NCBI GenBank assembly: GCA_054600435.1
Contig: BAAIJX010000002.1
Location: 248,001 to 312,000, forward strand
DNA: 64,000 nt
Reading direction: 5' to 3'
From: Neophaeotheca triangularis
Taxonomy: Eukaryota
Below are positions 1-12,330 of this stretch, in pieces. Made by a program: the position numbers and the translations under genes. Position 1 is the first letter of the stretch; every line of letters begins with the position of its first letter. A model generated the notes under the pieces. That model worked only from the letters and a program-made list of their open reading frames with translations. It was not told the DNA's origin and did no database searches.

Positions 1-506
1 CCAAGCAGACCACCCGCAAGAGAGTAACGTCCTTCAGTGGCAGCCCATAATATGGCCACAACAATGACGGCCAGCAAGCCTTCAGAGCTCCCACGGGTGC
101 TGATGTTAGCAACCATGGGATTCAGCAGCCAAATACTTGCAAACTTCATGGCTCTCGCAATCGGCATGCCCCTCTTCTTTAGAATGCGCATGATAAACCA
201 GCCGGTCACTACATCTCCCAGAGCGAACAAGATTTTGCCGAACTCGAACCACCGTCCACCCCACGAGGTTGGGTAGAGCAACCATGCGAGCAGTGGCGTG
301 TAGCGGTAGGTAGCTCTGTCGTAGGGCGAGCGGCCTTGGGCAATGAAGCGAGCGGCGTCAGTGAAGACTAGATAGTCTATGTCGGTGTATTTAACCGGAC
401 TGTTGGCATCCTGCCACCGGCCGTAAACTAGGAGTACCAGGCGGAGGATGATGGCACTCGTGAAGACCAAAGAGGGGCGGGCGAAGAAGGCGGAGATGGG
501 CGGCAT
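1..506 (-). CDS. GPI14: GPI mannosyltransferase 1 (PIG-M/Gpi14), 5' part; runs off the window start
   Basis: Manual translation from the ATG at 506 gives MPPISAFFARPSLVF...VKYTDIDYLVFTDAARFIAQGRSPYDRATYRYTPLLAW...WLLNPMVANISTRGSSEG. YTDIDY, YRYTP and ISTRGS are PIG-M hallmarks. Absent from the ORF track because no stop lies in the window. Confidence 0.95.
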   Translation of the reverse strand, partial: MPPISAFFARPSLVFTSAIILRLVLLVYGRWQDANSPVKYTDIDYLVFTDAARFIAQGRSPYDRATYRYTPLLAWLLYPTSWGGRWFEFGKILFALGDVVTGWFIMRILKKRGMPIARAMKFASIWLLNPMVANISTRGSSEGLLAVIVVAILWAATEGRYSLAGGLL

Positions 507-963
507 GGTATTTGATGATAACCTCAGTGGCGACTATTCAGCCAGACGAACTGTGATTGATCAATTGACGGTATACTACCGAGAAACCGAGGTGTTATTG
601 TGGTATTGATGTAGTACTTACCTTGGTTTGCTTGATCGAAGGGGCAGCACAATCAATGGGTAGTCCGAGTGCCAAGCCCAGCCCAGCCCGCCCTGTCGCG
701 TCGGTTTAGACTTCCCGCTTCCCGCACCTTCCAGAGCTGTACCTTCCTGATTGGTGCGCAAGCCAGGCGCCAACGCCTTTCGACGCCTAAGGTTGCGATC
801 AAGGTCACCTACCTCAACTTTCGAACTCTTCACTAGGTAGGTTTCGCTTCTACTTCCACTGCAGCCATCGCCAAGTGTCCAGTCTTCAACGTCGGCAGCG
901 CATCCAGCGCGCGTTGACTTCTTCACTCCCACCTCAAATAAAAACCCTAACCAATAAGTCAGC

Positions 964-2810
964 ATGGCGCCAAAGCGCAAGGCCGCCGGCCGTCCCAAAA
1001 CCACCACGACTGCGCCGGCAAAGAGCGCACCTCCCATCCCTGCAACCGTCACTACGAAGGGTGGTAGGGAGATCGAGACCACCGCTGCGTTGGCACGTCC
1101 TCGCCGCGCCGTTGCCGCTCCAAACCCAGCAGTTAAGGCCACGCCCTCAGTCAAGAAAGGTAAGTTTCTAGCCACCTAGGTAATCTTGGCAACGTGAACT
1201 AACTCTAGACAGTCGCAACCACGAAGGCAACTGCCGCTACGAAGAAAGGTGTGTCGCGTCCAGTCAAGGCTGCCAAACCACCGGTGAAGCAAACTCTAGC
1301 AGTGCGATCCAAGACTAAATCGGTTCCAGCCACTACTGCGACGACCGCGAGGAAGCCTGGCCGCCCAAAGAAGTCTGAGCCTGAGGTCGAGTCTGAGTCT
1401 GAGTCTGAGTCTCAACCGACCGCCCCGGCTCCTGCGACAAAGAAGCGTGGTCGTCCAGCCAAAGCCAAACCTGCGGCTGAGGCGCCTGCACCTGCCACGA
1501 ACAAGCGTGGTCGTTCTGCTAAAGATGAGGCTGAGGCTGAGTCGGAGGCGGACGTGGAGCAGCCGGTGACGAAGAAGGCTCGCGGCCGAACAGTCAAGGA
1601 GGTCAGTATTCCAGCGGCCACGGAGCCTACTTCTGCGCACAGTAACGGTTCCGGCTTCGGCCCTGCTGTCCCACCAGCCATTACCGGACCGGCGCCACCA
1701 AAGAAGCGTGGCCGTCCTCCTAAGGGTGGTGAAACTACGAAAATCAGTGCTGACGACAAGACTGCGGCTGATCAGTTGGAGGATGAACTCGTTGACACCG
1801 CCGACAACGAGACTGGCAAGAACTTTTGGCTCTTGAAGGCTGAGCAAGAGGATCGTTTCGAAACCACAAAGAGTGGCAACAAGGTCAACACAAAATTCAC
1901 CATCGATGATTTGCGCGCGAAGGATGGCCCCGAGGCTTGGGAGGGGATTCGCAACCCACAAGCTCGCAACAATCTTCGTGCTATGAAGGTCGGTGATGAG
2001 GCTTTTTTCTATGCAAGCAATGGCAAGAAGCCAGGCATAGTCGGCATCATGGAGATCGTCAAGGCGCACGAGGCGGATCCGACGGCTTTCGACGAGGACT
2101 CCCCGTACTTCGAGGCTAAGAACCCGGGTACCATAGAGGATCCTAAGTGGTCGCTCGTGCACGTTGAGTTTCGTAAGAAGCTTAGCGTTCCCGTCTACTT
2201 GCCTGAGCTCAAGCAGTACACGAAGAGCAACGGACCTTTGAGCGCTATGCAGATGCTCACGGCCGCTCGCTTGAGCGTCTCGAAAGTGTCTGAGAAGGAG
2301 TGGGAGTTCATCGTCAACGACCTTATCGAGGGCTATGAGGACGAGGGTGGGTTTGATGCTGCGACGGTCGGTGGTGCCGAAGAGGAGGCTCTCCAAGCTG
2401 GTGACTCTGGGGGCGTGACCGGTGGCCGTCTTCCTGCACCCACCTTCGCCATGGACGTCGATATGCCATCCACCGACACTGTCTTTCCTGCCGACACGAT
2501 GCCCACTTCTCGCGCTCCGTCCCGTGCCGCTTCGCGCAACACATCTCGTGCTCGCTCAGCGCTACCCGACGCTTCGCACCCGCCAGCTGCCGCCGCCTAC
2601 CCTTCCACGGAGCTAGGTAGTGAGACCGGCCCAAAGCTAGCTGGAGGTCTCGCCCCAGGCGGTCGTGCTGTCTCTCGTGGACGTGGTCGTACGCCTCGTT
2701 CGCGCGCCGGCAGCGCAGCTCCTCCAGGAGGTGCTGGTGGAGGTGGTGCTATGGAGGTAGTTCAAGAAGAGGAAACGATCGTTGAGAAGACGGTCACGAC
2801 CTTTGCTTGA
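964..2810 (+). CDS. AT-hook + EVE (Thy28/THYN1-like) domain protein; exons 964-1159 and 1213-2810
   Basis: EVE motifs FWLLKAE, FTIDDL, WEGIRNPQARNNLRAMKVGDEAFFYAS, PGIVG and RLSVSKV. Several GRP AT-hooks. Intron 1160-1212 (GTAAGT..CTAAC..CAG) joins the two ORFs in frame. Confidence 0.9.
1389..1412 (+). repeat. (GAGTCT)4 coding microsatellite (ESESESES)
   Basis: Read directly from the sequence. Confidence 0.9.
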
Positions 2811-3501
2811 TCGACCCAAGCCCCACGACACCTCAAAGTCTCGCCACTGGTAATTCGAGGGTCCGAAAGGGCCTGACGTTCAGTCTGCGGGAATTGTTTC
2901 TCTCTTTACCCCAAGTTATCTGAGCTGTCATCATCGGCGGCATGCGATGATTTGGGGGTTCATGACCATGGATACGCTCAAACGAAGCCCGGAGTTTTGT
3001 GCAACGGAGTTCTATGCGGCGTTCTTCCTGAGCAAGTAGCTAGATACCCAAGGCAACTGAGTTAGGAGAACAGTGCATTTTGCATCTCTGCCTCTTTCGT
3101 TCTTTCATCGTGTTACCATTGTAGTGATCTTTGCGTGGCCCATATCAGTCTGTGCTTGTAGCCGTATCATTTTGATTCCGCCAGCTCGTCATTCTGTGAG
3201 CCAGGCTTTTCGTCGACTTTCGTCCTAGAGGGCCGTCTTGAACCAACAAAAGAACTTGCTGCAGACCGATAGATGAAACGAGTATCCCAGCTCTAAGAAG
3301 CTCAAGTGCTTCCGGAAATCCTTGGGAGGAACGGGACACTGTAAATGTATACAGATGTGGGCCTCTCGCTTGGTGGGGCCGATTGACTTCCACATACATC
3401 CTTCGACCTCACGTCGTCCATCGAATTCGAAAGTAATCCACTTACCAAGTTACAATTGATTAGAGAACCCTCTAGGCCAACTTGAAAGCTATAATCCCAT
3501 C

Positions 3502-4857
3502 ATGTCCGGCAGTTTAGAGCTCAACAAGGCTCCCTTCACCATCGACTGTCTCCCCTATGGCGTCGTCTCAACGACTTCCGATCCAGAGCCGCGATGCGCG
3601 GTTGCCATTGGCAATCACGCAGTAGACCTTGCGATTTGGGCATCAGAGAAAACGATCGATGGAGTGCCTCTTGGTGCTTTGTTCAGACAGGTAGGGTTCC
3701 CGCGGCAGTCGCGTTGATTATCAGACTAACGTCGGCTCTCAGCGGTCTCTCAACGCCTTCGCCGCACAACCCTGGTCTCTGCGGAAGCAAGTACGGGCTT
3801 CCCTGCAACAGGACCTTAAGGGTGGCAAGTTGTCACAAGACTGTTTACTACAGCTGAGTGATGCCGAGAACCACCTCCCCATGAAAATGGGCGGTTTCAG
3901 CGACTTCTACACCTCGCTCGAGCATTGCCAAAACGCAAGTTCGATCCCGTCTCCCTCGCAATGAACTCCCCTCTAACACACCCCCAGTGCTCCGGCGAAA
4001 TGTCCTCGTCCTCCATAGCCAAAAACTGGTGGTACGCGCCGAGCGTCTACAACTCTCGCGTCTCCTCCATCCTGCCAACTCCAGCCAGCATCCCTCGCCC
4101 CAAAAACGTCTCCTTCCCTTCCGGCCTCGACAGCACGCCCACCTACGGCGCGAGCCGCAAACTCGACTTCGAACTGGAAATGGGCTTCTTCGTATCCAAG
4201 CCGATTCCGTACGGGCAAACCATGCCCATCGCCGACGCCAAAGAGCACATCTTCGGCTTCGTAATGCTCAACGACTGGTCGGCGCGGGACCACCAACTAT
4301 TCGAGATGCGCCCGCTGGGACCTTTTCACAGCAAGGGCTTCGGCACGAGCATCTCCAACTGGATCGTACCCATGGAAGCTCTGGAGCCCTTCTCCTGCCC
4401 GCCGAATACGACGCAAGACCCGCCGCCGTTTGCGCACTTGAGCTGGCCGGGCGAGCGCGACGGCGCGTTGGATGTGAAATTGCGGATTAAGCTTGTGCGT
4501 GGTGGCGAGGAGAAGGTGCTCGGGACTAGCAATGTTAGGTATTTGTATTGGACGCCTTATCAGCAGCTCGCGCATCATGCGGCTTCTGGGTGTGGGATGG
4601 AGACGGGGGATCTTATAGGGACGGGGACGATTTCCGGGAGTGGGGTTGATGAGAGGGGGGAGAAGGTGGAGCTGGGGTGTTTGTATGAGGCTGAGAGGAT
4701 GAAGACGGGGGTTATGCCCAAGGGAAACGGGGTTTATGAGGAGGGCTATCTAGAGGATGGAGATGAGGTTGTCCTAGAGGGTTGGTGCGAGGATGGCAGT
4801 GGGCGGCTTGTTCTGGGCCTCGGGGAGTGTCGTGGGACGATTGCGCCTGCAAGATAG
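3502..4857 (+). CDS. fahA: Fumarylacetoacetase (FAH family); exons 3502-3690, 3743-3934, 3988-4857
   Basis: Motifs FTIDCLPYGV, HLPMKMGGFSDFYTSLEH, LDFELEMG, NDWSARD, PLGPFHSKGF and GDLIGTGTISG. Introns 3691-3742 (GT-AG) and 3935-3987 (GC-AG) restore a single frame. Could be a FAH paralogue rather than the true fahA orthologue. Confidence 0.9.
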
Positions 4858-5394
4858 ATATCTGACGAGATGTAATCTCCAGATTGGTGTTGTCCTGAGA
4901 CTCCCCGCGCGCTCGGTGAAAGACCTCTGAAGTCGAATAACACTAAGCCCCGAACGCATGAAATCGTTGCCGCTATCGTCGACCAGCCAGGCCGAGCTGT
5001 ATTCACTTCACCAAGCATCCGTGCTCAGATACCGTTGCGTAATTGGCTGGAACAGCTCTACGCTAGTGACAGGCCGCGCTAACAAAGCCACTAGTGATCG
5101 ATATTGTTTCTTCGACCAATTCGAACCCCTCACTCCTCGATCAATAATTGTTGGGATCAACTCGGGTTTTCAATCACTGTTTTGAATAGGCTTGCACTCT
5201 TGAGGCGACAAGACTGGTACTGTGCACCTGAGGCTCCCAGGGACTGATCCTGGTATGATGAAGAGGGACCGGGTTGGGCTCGATGCCATGCAGATCCCCT
5301 TGAATACCATGCTGAATCGCTAATGTACATACTTTGTCCGCCAGAGCTGGATGGAGAGCCTCGATTCGCGCCGCGTAGAAATATCTGGCATCAT

Positions 5395-6699
5395 TTAATC
5401 CAGCCCAGCGAAACTCATACCGTTTTCAGCAGCTGGACCCTTGCCCCTCTTGCGCTTCTTCCTTCGCTTCCTGGCTTGGCCTTCCTCATCACTGCTTTGC
5501 CCCGCGCCATCGTCGCTGTCTTGCTCACTATCATCACTATCTGCAGTCCTCTTCGCGCCTCCAACCTCCTCCTCCTCCTCCTCCTCGGCCTCTTCCCCCT
5601 GCAAACCCTCCTGCCACACCTTGATACTCTGCCCACCCCCTGAGACCATTCTACCAGCAGCATCGAAGCCTAAGCCAGTCACGCCCTCAAACTCATGATG
5701 CGTCACCTCACCAACTAACTTATTCATACCCAACCTCACAAACCTGACTTTCCCATCACCAAGACCCACGGCAACCTTCCTGCCCATACCCCCAATTCCT
5801 TGCGGCACCTCCGCCATGACATCCACAGTCTCCTTCTCGCGGGAGACAGTAATGCGCTCGTCCTGGTCATCCCACTGCCCCTTCTCCCAGAGCGTGATGA
5901 CGCCGTCTCCACCTCCCACCAGTGCCTTCTCACCTGTAGACCCGGAACTCTTCTTCGCCGGCAAGCCCGTCACATAGAGCGAGGAAAGCAGCAGTTCCTC
6001 CTGGTCCTCACTCTTTACCAGCACGCCTCTCCGCAGGTCGGTGAGAGCCAGCGTCGTGCCGCCGGTAGATAGCCATTGCTTGCTCGTTCCGCTGGTAGAA
6101 GTATTAGACGGCGGAAGCGGCGTGAGGGACGAGATGTAATCGGTGTGAGGGTGATGAGTCGCGCTGGGCTTCCCAGTGGTGAAGGCGGATTTCCCCTTGG
6201 TTCCTACGGCAGGGGCTGGATCCCGCAGGTCGTACAGATGCAGTGCGCCGCTGTCTGTGGCTAGCAGCAGGGTTTGCGGGCTGAGTGCGTGGATGGCCGT
6301 AGGCGCGTCTACTTCGTCTCGGCTGTTCGAGGGCACGGCTAGTTTGCCCGTCACTCGCCCCGTCTCGCTGTCGGCGGCTTTGACGATGCCGTCTGTGCCT
6401 GCGCTGTAAAGACTGCGGCCATCGAGGCTGTAGGCGAGAGTGCGACAGCTGCCCTGGTGTCTTCTAGTGCGCCATGCGGTATCTACACAGCTTGTACCGT
6501 CGCTGCCTCTACGACCGCGGTTTTGAACATTTTTGGCGCTGAGTTCGGGGGCTGGTGGTGGTACGCTGTCGACAGCGGGGAGTCTTAGGGTGCTGACATG
6601 ACCGCTGCTGAGACCAATTGCGAGTAAAGGTTCGGTGGGGTGAAGACTTTGCGTGAAGAGGTCGGAGGAGAGCGGGAGGGTGCACAGGTTGTCGAGCAT
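5395..6699 (-). CDS. JIP5: WD40 repeat protein Jip5/WDR55 (60S biogenesis)
   Basis: N-terminus [40 protein letters not shown], acidic/basic tail ending FAGLD. Confidence 0.85.
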   Translation of the reverse strand: MLDNLCTLPLSSDLFTQSLHPTEPLLAIGLSSGHVSTLRLPAVDSVPPPAPELSAKNVQNRGRRGSDGTSCVDTAWRTRRHQGSCRTLAYSLDGRSLYSAGTDGIVKAADSETGRVTGKLAVPSNSRDEVDAPTAIHALSPQTLLLATDSGALHLYDLRDPAPAVGTKGKSAFTTGKPSATHHPHTDYISSLTPLPPSNTSTSGTSKQWLSTGGTTLALTDLRRGVLVKSEDQEELLLSSLYVTGLPAKKSSGSTGEKALVGGGDGVITLWEKGQWDDQDERITVSREKETVDVMAEVPQGIGGMGRKVAVGLGDGKVRFVRLGMNKLVGEVTHHEFEGVTGLGFDAAGRMVSGGGQSIKVWQEGLQGEEAEEEEEEEVGGAKRTADSDDSEQDSDDGAGQSSDEEGQARKRRKKRKRGKGPAAENGMSFAGLD

Positions 6700-7078
6700 A
6701 TTTGCTGCCGGTCGGTGCTATCGCATCTGCACAATTGTGCTTGGTAGGATACCAATATACCTACGTAGTTTTGTGTTTTTCTAGACGCTCGAAAGCTGAA
6801 AAGTCGAGAATTGCTGCCGGCTAGCCCAAAAAGGAAGGGACGGCTCGCTGCATATAGTCTGGGGAAGTCGGGGCAGGTGACGTCGAAGGAACAACAACCC
6901 GCGTCAAGTAAGGTAGGTACGTTGGTACGGTATATTGGCATTACAGGTCGAGTACGGTAAACATAGACAGCACCTCCCTCCATGTTGCAGCAACCGGACT
7001 GCTTTCTTAACAGGTACAAATTTTTCCCAAGGCCAATTGACAATCGACTCTCTCGCCCCCCGATCTTTACTTGATCCG

Positions 7079-9935
7079 ATGGTATTGAAAAGGACACCGC
7101 AGAAGGGAATCACCTTCGGATGTAAGTCTCTCTTCCCTCTCACGTAGTATCTATCTTGCCTTATTAACTTGCACTTTAGATTGCGACACTGTCACCGGCG
7201 CTCGAGTATACCCTCTGCCGCCCGTGTCAGAGATGACAGATTTGCTCGCCGAACAGATGCCCCCGGCGCAGACGTCAACGCCTCTCCCACCCGACTCTTA
7301 CGACCCCGACATGTACCTCAACATCACCTGTGATCCTCCATTGGGCCAGGCAACCTCCATTGCTCGCCTCGCCGAGACGGTGAAGTTCACTGTGCTTCTG
7401 GAGACTGATTCACCCTCCCTGCTCGACCTGGATTCTACTGCCAAGGACCAACCGCAGGTCTGTCTGTGGCACAACCATGGTGGCCACCACGACTGGAGTG
7501 AACTGCCACTGAGATTGGCACCGAAGAAAGATCACGAAGAGGTCATGTTGTTGAACCGTCCTGGAGACAAGCAACTGACGAAACTCTGGTTCACCGCCGA
7601 GCTGCCCGACTCTCCCAAGCACGCTCAAGTCGTCTCATTTACACTCAAATATCGTCTCTCGGCTCAAGATAGCTGGAAGTGGATCAAAGACTCCTCTCGC
7701 TTGAACGATGGCGAGTTGCACTACGCTAGTGTCGACTTTGCTAAGCACAGCACTTACGATCTGAAACACTTCTTCGAAGGACTCAGTGGCGATGTCAAAG
7801 TCAAGTCCGAGACGCCAGAAACCGACAATACGCGTCTGTATGCTCTGACTTGTCCCATTTCCCCTGCGAAGGGAAAGGACTCTGGCTATTCGCACCATCA
7901 ACTCGGCAGGGCCAAAGACTCGAGTAGGTGGTTCGCCCTCGTTCGGCTGTGGAGTCCTTGGCTTGCACCACGGCAGGGTCAGGGCTCGAAGTTCGAACTC
8001 GACAAGGATGGCGTTCTCCTTTCTTTCTTACGAAGCGATGGTCTGCATGTGGTGTGCCTGGGGATTTCTGGAGTTGAGGATGTGATGGCGACCTTTCTCA
8101 ATGACGATCACGGCAATGTCATCATCAAGGGTCGTAACGACCGCGAGAGTACCGGCGCTGGCAGGGTGCTCGTCGCTGTCTCTGACAGCTTCGAGGTTGC
8201 CAACGCAGCGGTCATGTACCATGCCCGCAAGATCGTGATGGCCATGGATGCCGCACTGGCTGCAACAGAGGAAATCAGCACACTTTCAGACGAGAAGGTC
8301 AAGCCGCAATGGTTGGAAGAGTGGTACGATGGCTTCACCTACTGCACCTGGAATGGACTTGGCCAGGCCTTGACAGAAGACAAGGTCTATCATGCCCTCG
8401 ACGAGCTGACAAAAAACAACATCTCCATATGTGGGCTAATCCTCGATGATAATTGGCAGTCTCTTACCGCAGGGGACTCCCAATTCCAACGCGCATGGAC
8501 AGACTTTGAAGGCAACAAAGATGGGTTTCCAAACGGCATGAACGCCACGGTTACGGAGATCCGCAAGCGTCACCCAAACATCAAACACATCGCTGTGTGG
8601 CACGCAATACTCGGTTATTGGGGCGGCGTAGCACCGGACGGATGGATCGCAAAGAACTATAAAACGGTCGAAGTCGAAAAGGAGGCAGGCGTGGCGGGTG
8701 GGAAGTTCACGGTCGTGGCCGCCCAGGACGCGAAGCGCTTGTACGAAGACTTCTACTCCTTTCTGGAGAGTACGGGTATCGACTCGGCAAAGACAGATGC
8801 GCAATTCTTCCTCGACCTCCTGTTGCACGCTCCGGATCGTCGAGCGCTAACGACCGAATATCAAGACGCCTGGACAGTGGCGCATCTCAAACACTTCTCC
8901 AGCAGAGCCATCTCGTGCATGAGCCAGAGCCCACAGCTACTCTTCCACTCTCAACTACCCACTAACAAGCCGAGACTCCTCGTGCGAAACAGCGACGACT
9001 TCTTTCCAGAAGTTCCAGCCAGCCATCCATGGCACATCTTCTGCAACGCTCACAACAGCTTGCTCACTCAGCACCTGAACGTCCTGCCCGACTGGGACAT
9101 GTTCCAAACCTCACACCCATGGGCCAGCTTCCACGGGGCAGCACGCGCCATCTCCGGCGGACCCATCTACTTCACCGACGAGCCAGGCAAACACGACTTC
9201 AAACTCATCGGACAAATGACGGCGCAGACACCCAGAGGCAAGACAGTCATCCTCCGCCCCCACACCGTAGGCAAAGCAACCAACCCCTATAACACCTACA
9301 ACGAGCGCGCCATGCTTAAAATCACGACCTACGTCGGCATGGCCAAGACCGGAACCTCGATCCTTGGCGTCTTCAACACCACGCAACAAGCCCTCAGCGA
9401 ATTCCTCACCCTATCCGACTTCCCGGGCACCGAAAGCGGCGACTACATCCTAGCATCCTTCACCACCGGTCGCATCTCCAAGCCTACCTCCCGAGGTCAG
9501 AACAGCGCAATGGTAGGCCTCGAACTGCCGGTTCAAGGCTGGGAGATCGTAGCCGCGTACCCCCTGAGAACCTTCGAGATGAAATCCTCGAAACACCCCG
9601 TCTCCGTTTCCCTCCTGGGCCTGATGGGTAAAATGACCGGCGCCGCGGCCGTAACGGGCTACGACGTCTACGTTGAAACGAACGGGCGCTTACGGATGTG
9701 GACGTCGCTGAAAGCCCTCGGGGTTCTGGGGGTTTACGTCAGTAACTTGGCGGACAAGAGTCTTGAGAAGGATTTCATGGTGATGATTTTCGGCAAGCCG
9801 GTGCCGGTGCATTGCGTTGGAGTAAGCAAGACGTCCGGGCAGGTCTTGGAGATTGATGTTGCCGCTGCCTGGGAAGAGATGGGTGAAGATGCTGGGTGGA
9901 ATAATGAGGTCAGCTTGGAGGTGTTTGTGCATTGA
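7079..9935 (+). CDS. Raffinose synthase/Sip1-family alpha-galactosidase (GH36); probable exons 7079-7121 and 7180-9935
   Basis: Motifs YCTWN, LILDDNWQ, VWHAILGYWGG, KTDAQ, ISCMS, RNSDDFFP, PDWDMFQT and RAISGGPIYFTD. ATG 7079 plus intron 7122-7179 (GTAAGT..TTAAC..TAG) is in frame with the 7224 ORF. Confidence 0.92.
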
Positions 9936-10636
9936 CGTGGGAATTTATTACCTAGGTGTGGATTCGGGGCACCTGAAAGACGTACATGAGACCTATCAAT
10001 TTGATGAATCGATTGGAGAGTTTGCTTTGGTAGTTTACATGGTATTGAGACGTTGACTCGAAGAAAAGGCACTCATGCCTCAAATTCTTGACGGATGACC
10101 CTCGATGGCCAAAAGGAGGGATCACCGCAAAAGCACTTGGCTGGCCTGGTCACAAGAATGCCACTCATATCGTCTACGGCCCCTGCATTTGCGCCATCTC
10201 TTTAGTGTCGGCTCCACGACAGAGGCTGAATTGCTGCTTGCCGGTCCAGCTCATTTTATGAGCATAGACAGCCCCTGCATCGTTTCAATTTAACCCCGAG
10301 TTAAGCACAGCTGTGTATCGGCTCTCGGATTACACCAGCACAACATGCCGTCGTCTGTCCAATCGTCGCGCCTGCTGACCATTGATCTTGCAGCTGGCCG
10401 TTGTAGAGCGAGCCTCGAGCCAGTGCATAGCAAGGTAGGGAACCACGCACCAGCCTCGACAAAGCCACGGGCTCGACGGCCAACTCGACAACCGTGCAGG
10501 CGCGTGTTGAAATCGGGTGCGACCCATAGCAGTATGTGCTCGCGGCCAAGCCCTAACGCGCTCCTGTTGCCTCAGCGTGCCGCCAGCACGATGTGGGCCT
10601 GGTTGCGCTTGGAAAAGGGAAGTAGCCTGCGTCTTC

Positions 10637-12031
10637 TCAATCTCCGCGCTCCCTAACAACGACTTCCATATTGATCGGACTCCCCATCTCCACCTCCGTA
10701 TCGTCATGTCCCTGCCCCTGACTCTGCCCCTTCCCGCTCTGCTGTCCCACGACGCTCAGGCCAGCCAATGCAGCACCCAGATGGCCGTAATCGGCGAACC
10801 TCCTCCTGCCAAAAACCTGCACCTCTTCGCCGTGGGGCCAGACTAACCTCCCGGTGCTAAAAGCGTAATAAACTGAAGCCGCAATAGCCGCGGTCGACAG
10901 CCCAAGCAGGGTTGGAAAATACCTCTCGAGGGCATTCGGTTTCCTGGGAGCAATAGTCGTGACCGTAGGCCCCGGCGCCAAAAGCGGGATATGCTCGAGC
11001 ACACTCTCGGCCGCCGTACGCAGCACTTCCCGCAAACTCGCGCGCAGGGGTTGGCTCCAGGGCAACGCCATTCCCAAAGCCTTGCGTCTGCCCTCCACGT
11101 CCCCAGCAGTGGTACACTTCGCCAAGGCCATGACATCCGCCACCTCCGTCTGCAACCCCAATCTCCCGTGTAACCGCCGCGTATAAGCCGCTAAGCGCGA
11201 ATGCCGCCTCTCCATCAAATCCCTCAACCAGCCCTGCGGCAAAGCAGGAAAAAGCATCAAGCTCAAAAACCCATAAGCCAGGAAATCCACGCTCGCCGGC
11301 TCAGAAGTACCGAGCAAGAAATCCTCCTCCCCTAGCATCTCATCCAAAGGCCCCAAGAACGCATCCGCGAGAGCTTTGAGCTTAAAGACACCGGCGTTTT
11401 CCGGGCGCTGCAGCAGCGAGCGCAAAGTCTCTTTCCTGGGCAGTAGAAGGCTCGCGCGCTTTTGCGCTTCGGCTTCGAAACCTTGGTTCTCTTTGCCCAC
11501 GCCCGTGTCAATGTTTGAAGGTCTGTTGGAAGTGTCTTCGTGGCCTTGGTTGCCGTCGTCGGAGAGGTCGAAAGCGGAGAGCCCTAGATGGCGGGTTCGG
11601 GATTTGGCGGCGGCGCGCACGCTAGGGGGAAGGATGTAGTTTGTGTGCCAGGGGAGGATGTGGGTGAAGGCTGAGCGGACGACGGTGTAGTTTTCGTAGG
11701 GGAGGTAGAGGGAGGTGTCTAGGAGGGGTTGTCCGCTAGAATGAAGGAAGTGTGAGATGGCTGTTTCGTTGGCTTGTTGGGTTGATGTTAGGGTACTAGA
11801 GGTGGGTTCGGAGGTCAGGTGTTTGGATATCGCGGTGTAGCCGTGGAGGGAGAGGGAGTCCCGGATGGTGAGGCATGGTAGCTTTGCTTTGGCGTGCGAG
11901 GGGATGATTTCCCATGGTTTCTCCTGAGACGTGAATATCTGCTGGCAAAGCGCTATGGCTGCATTACACTCTGGATCTATCGATGGGGCGCCAAAGGCTG
12001 GCCCAAGGACGTGTAATTGTATTGGCGGCAT
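10637..12031 (-). CDS. SAM37: Metaxin/Sam37 (Tom37) mitochondrial outer-membrane SAM complex subunit
   Basis: IQLHVLGPAFGAPSIDPECNAAIA N-terminal metaxin motif, GST-like C domain (PASVDFLAYGFLSL) and a C-terminal TM segment. Start placed at Met 12031; an upstream in-frame ATG exists at 12091. Confidence 0.85.
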   Translation of the reverse strand: MPPIQLHVLGPAFGAPSIDPECNAAIALCQQIFTSQEKPWEIIPSHAKAKLPCLTIRDSLSLHGYTAISKHLTSEPTSSTLTSTQQANETAISHFLHSSGQPLLDTSLYLPYENYTVVRSAFTHILPWHTNYILPPSVRAAAKSRTRHLGLSAFDLSDDGNQGHEDTSNRPSNIDTGVGKENQGFEAEAQKRASLLLPRKETLRSLLQRPENAGVFKLKALADAFLGPLDEMLGEEDFLLGTSEPASVDFLAYGFLSLMLFPALPQGWLRDLMERRHSRLAAYTRRLHGRLGLQTEVADVMALAKCTTAGDVEGRRKALGMALPWSQPLRASLREVLRTAAESVLEHIPLLAPGPTVTTIAPRKPNALERYFPTLLGLSTAAIAASVYYAFSTGRLVWPHGEEVQVFGRRRFADYGHLGAALAGLSVVGQQSGKGQSQGQGHDDTEVEMGSPINMEVVVRERGD

Positions 12032-12330
12032 TGGAACTTCTTGTTTGGTAGTAAGGTTGATCTCGAAAAGGTGAGCTCGAAGTTCGAACATCTCGAGCGC
12101 TGACTAAGCAAAATTCATAACGTTAGTCGCCCAAACCTTGAGGTTCCAAAGTTCCGCATTGAAGTTTCAGGGGCATGAGCCGTCGGCGGCGGTATCACAT
12201 ACGTAGGTATGATGTTAAGCAACGGTTGAGAGATTCAAAAGTGGATGCATGGGATCGTTGCGATGAGCTAGAGTCTCGAGAAGTCGTGGCTATCAATAAG
12301 AGAATCTCCAGGCCTCGCAGCTCAACCCTT

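Noticed and set aside
1296..2396. Long antisense ORF (366 aa) and the many similar shadow ORFs opposite real genes
   Set aside because: They overlap well-supported genes, lack recognisable motifs and are expected in GC-rich coding DNA.
5110..5140. GGTTCGAA T-loop-like motif on the - strand (similar ones near 43215, 58110 and 58770)
   Set aside because: Flanks do not form a T-stem or cloverleaf; not tRNA genes.
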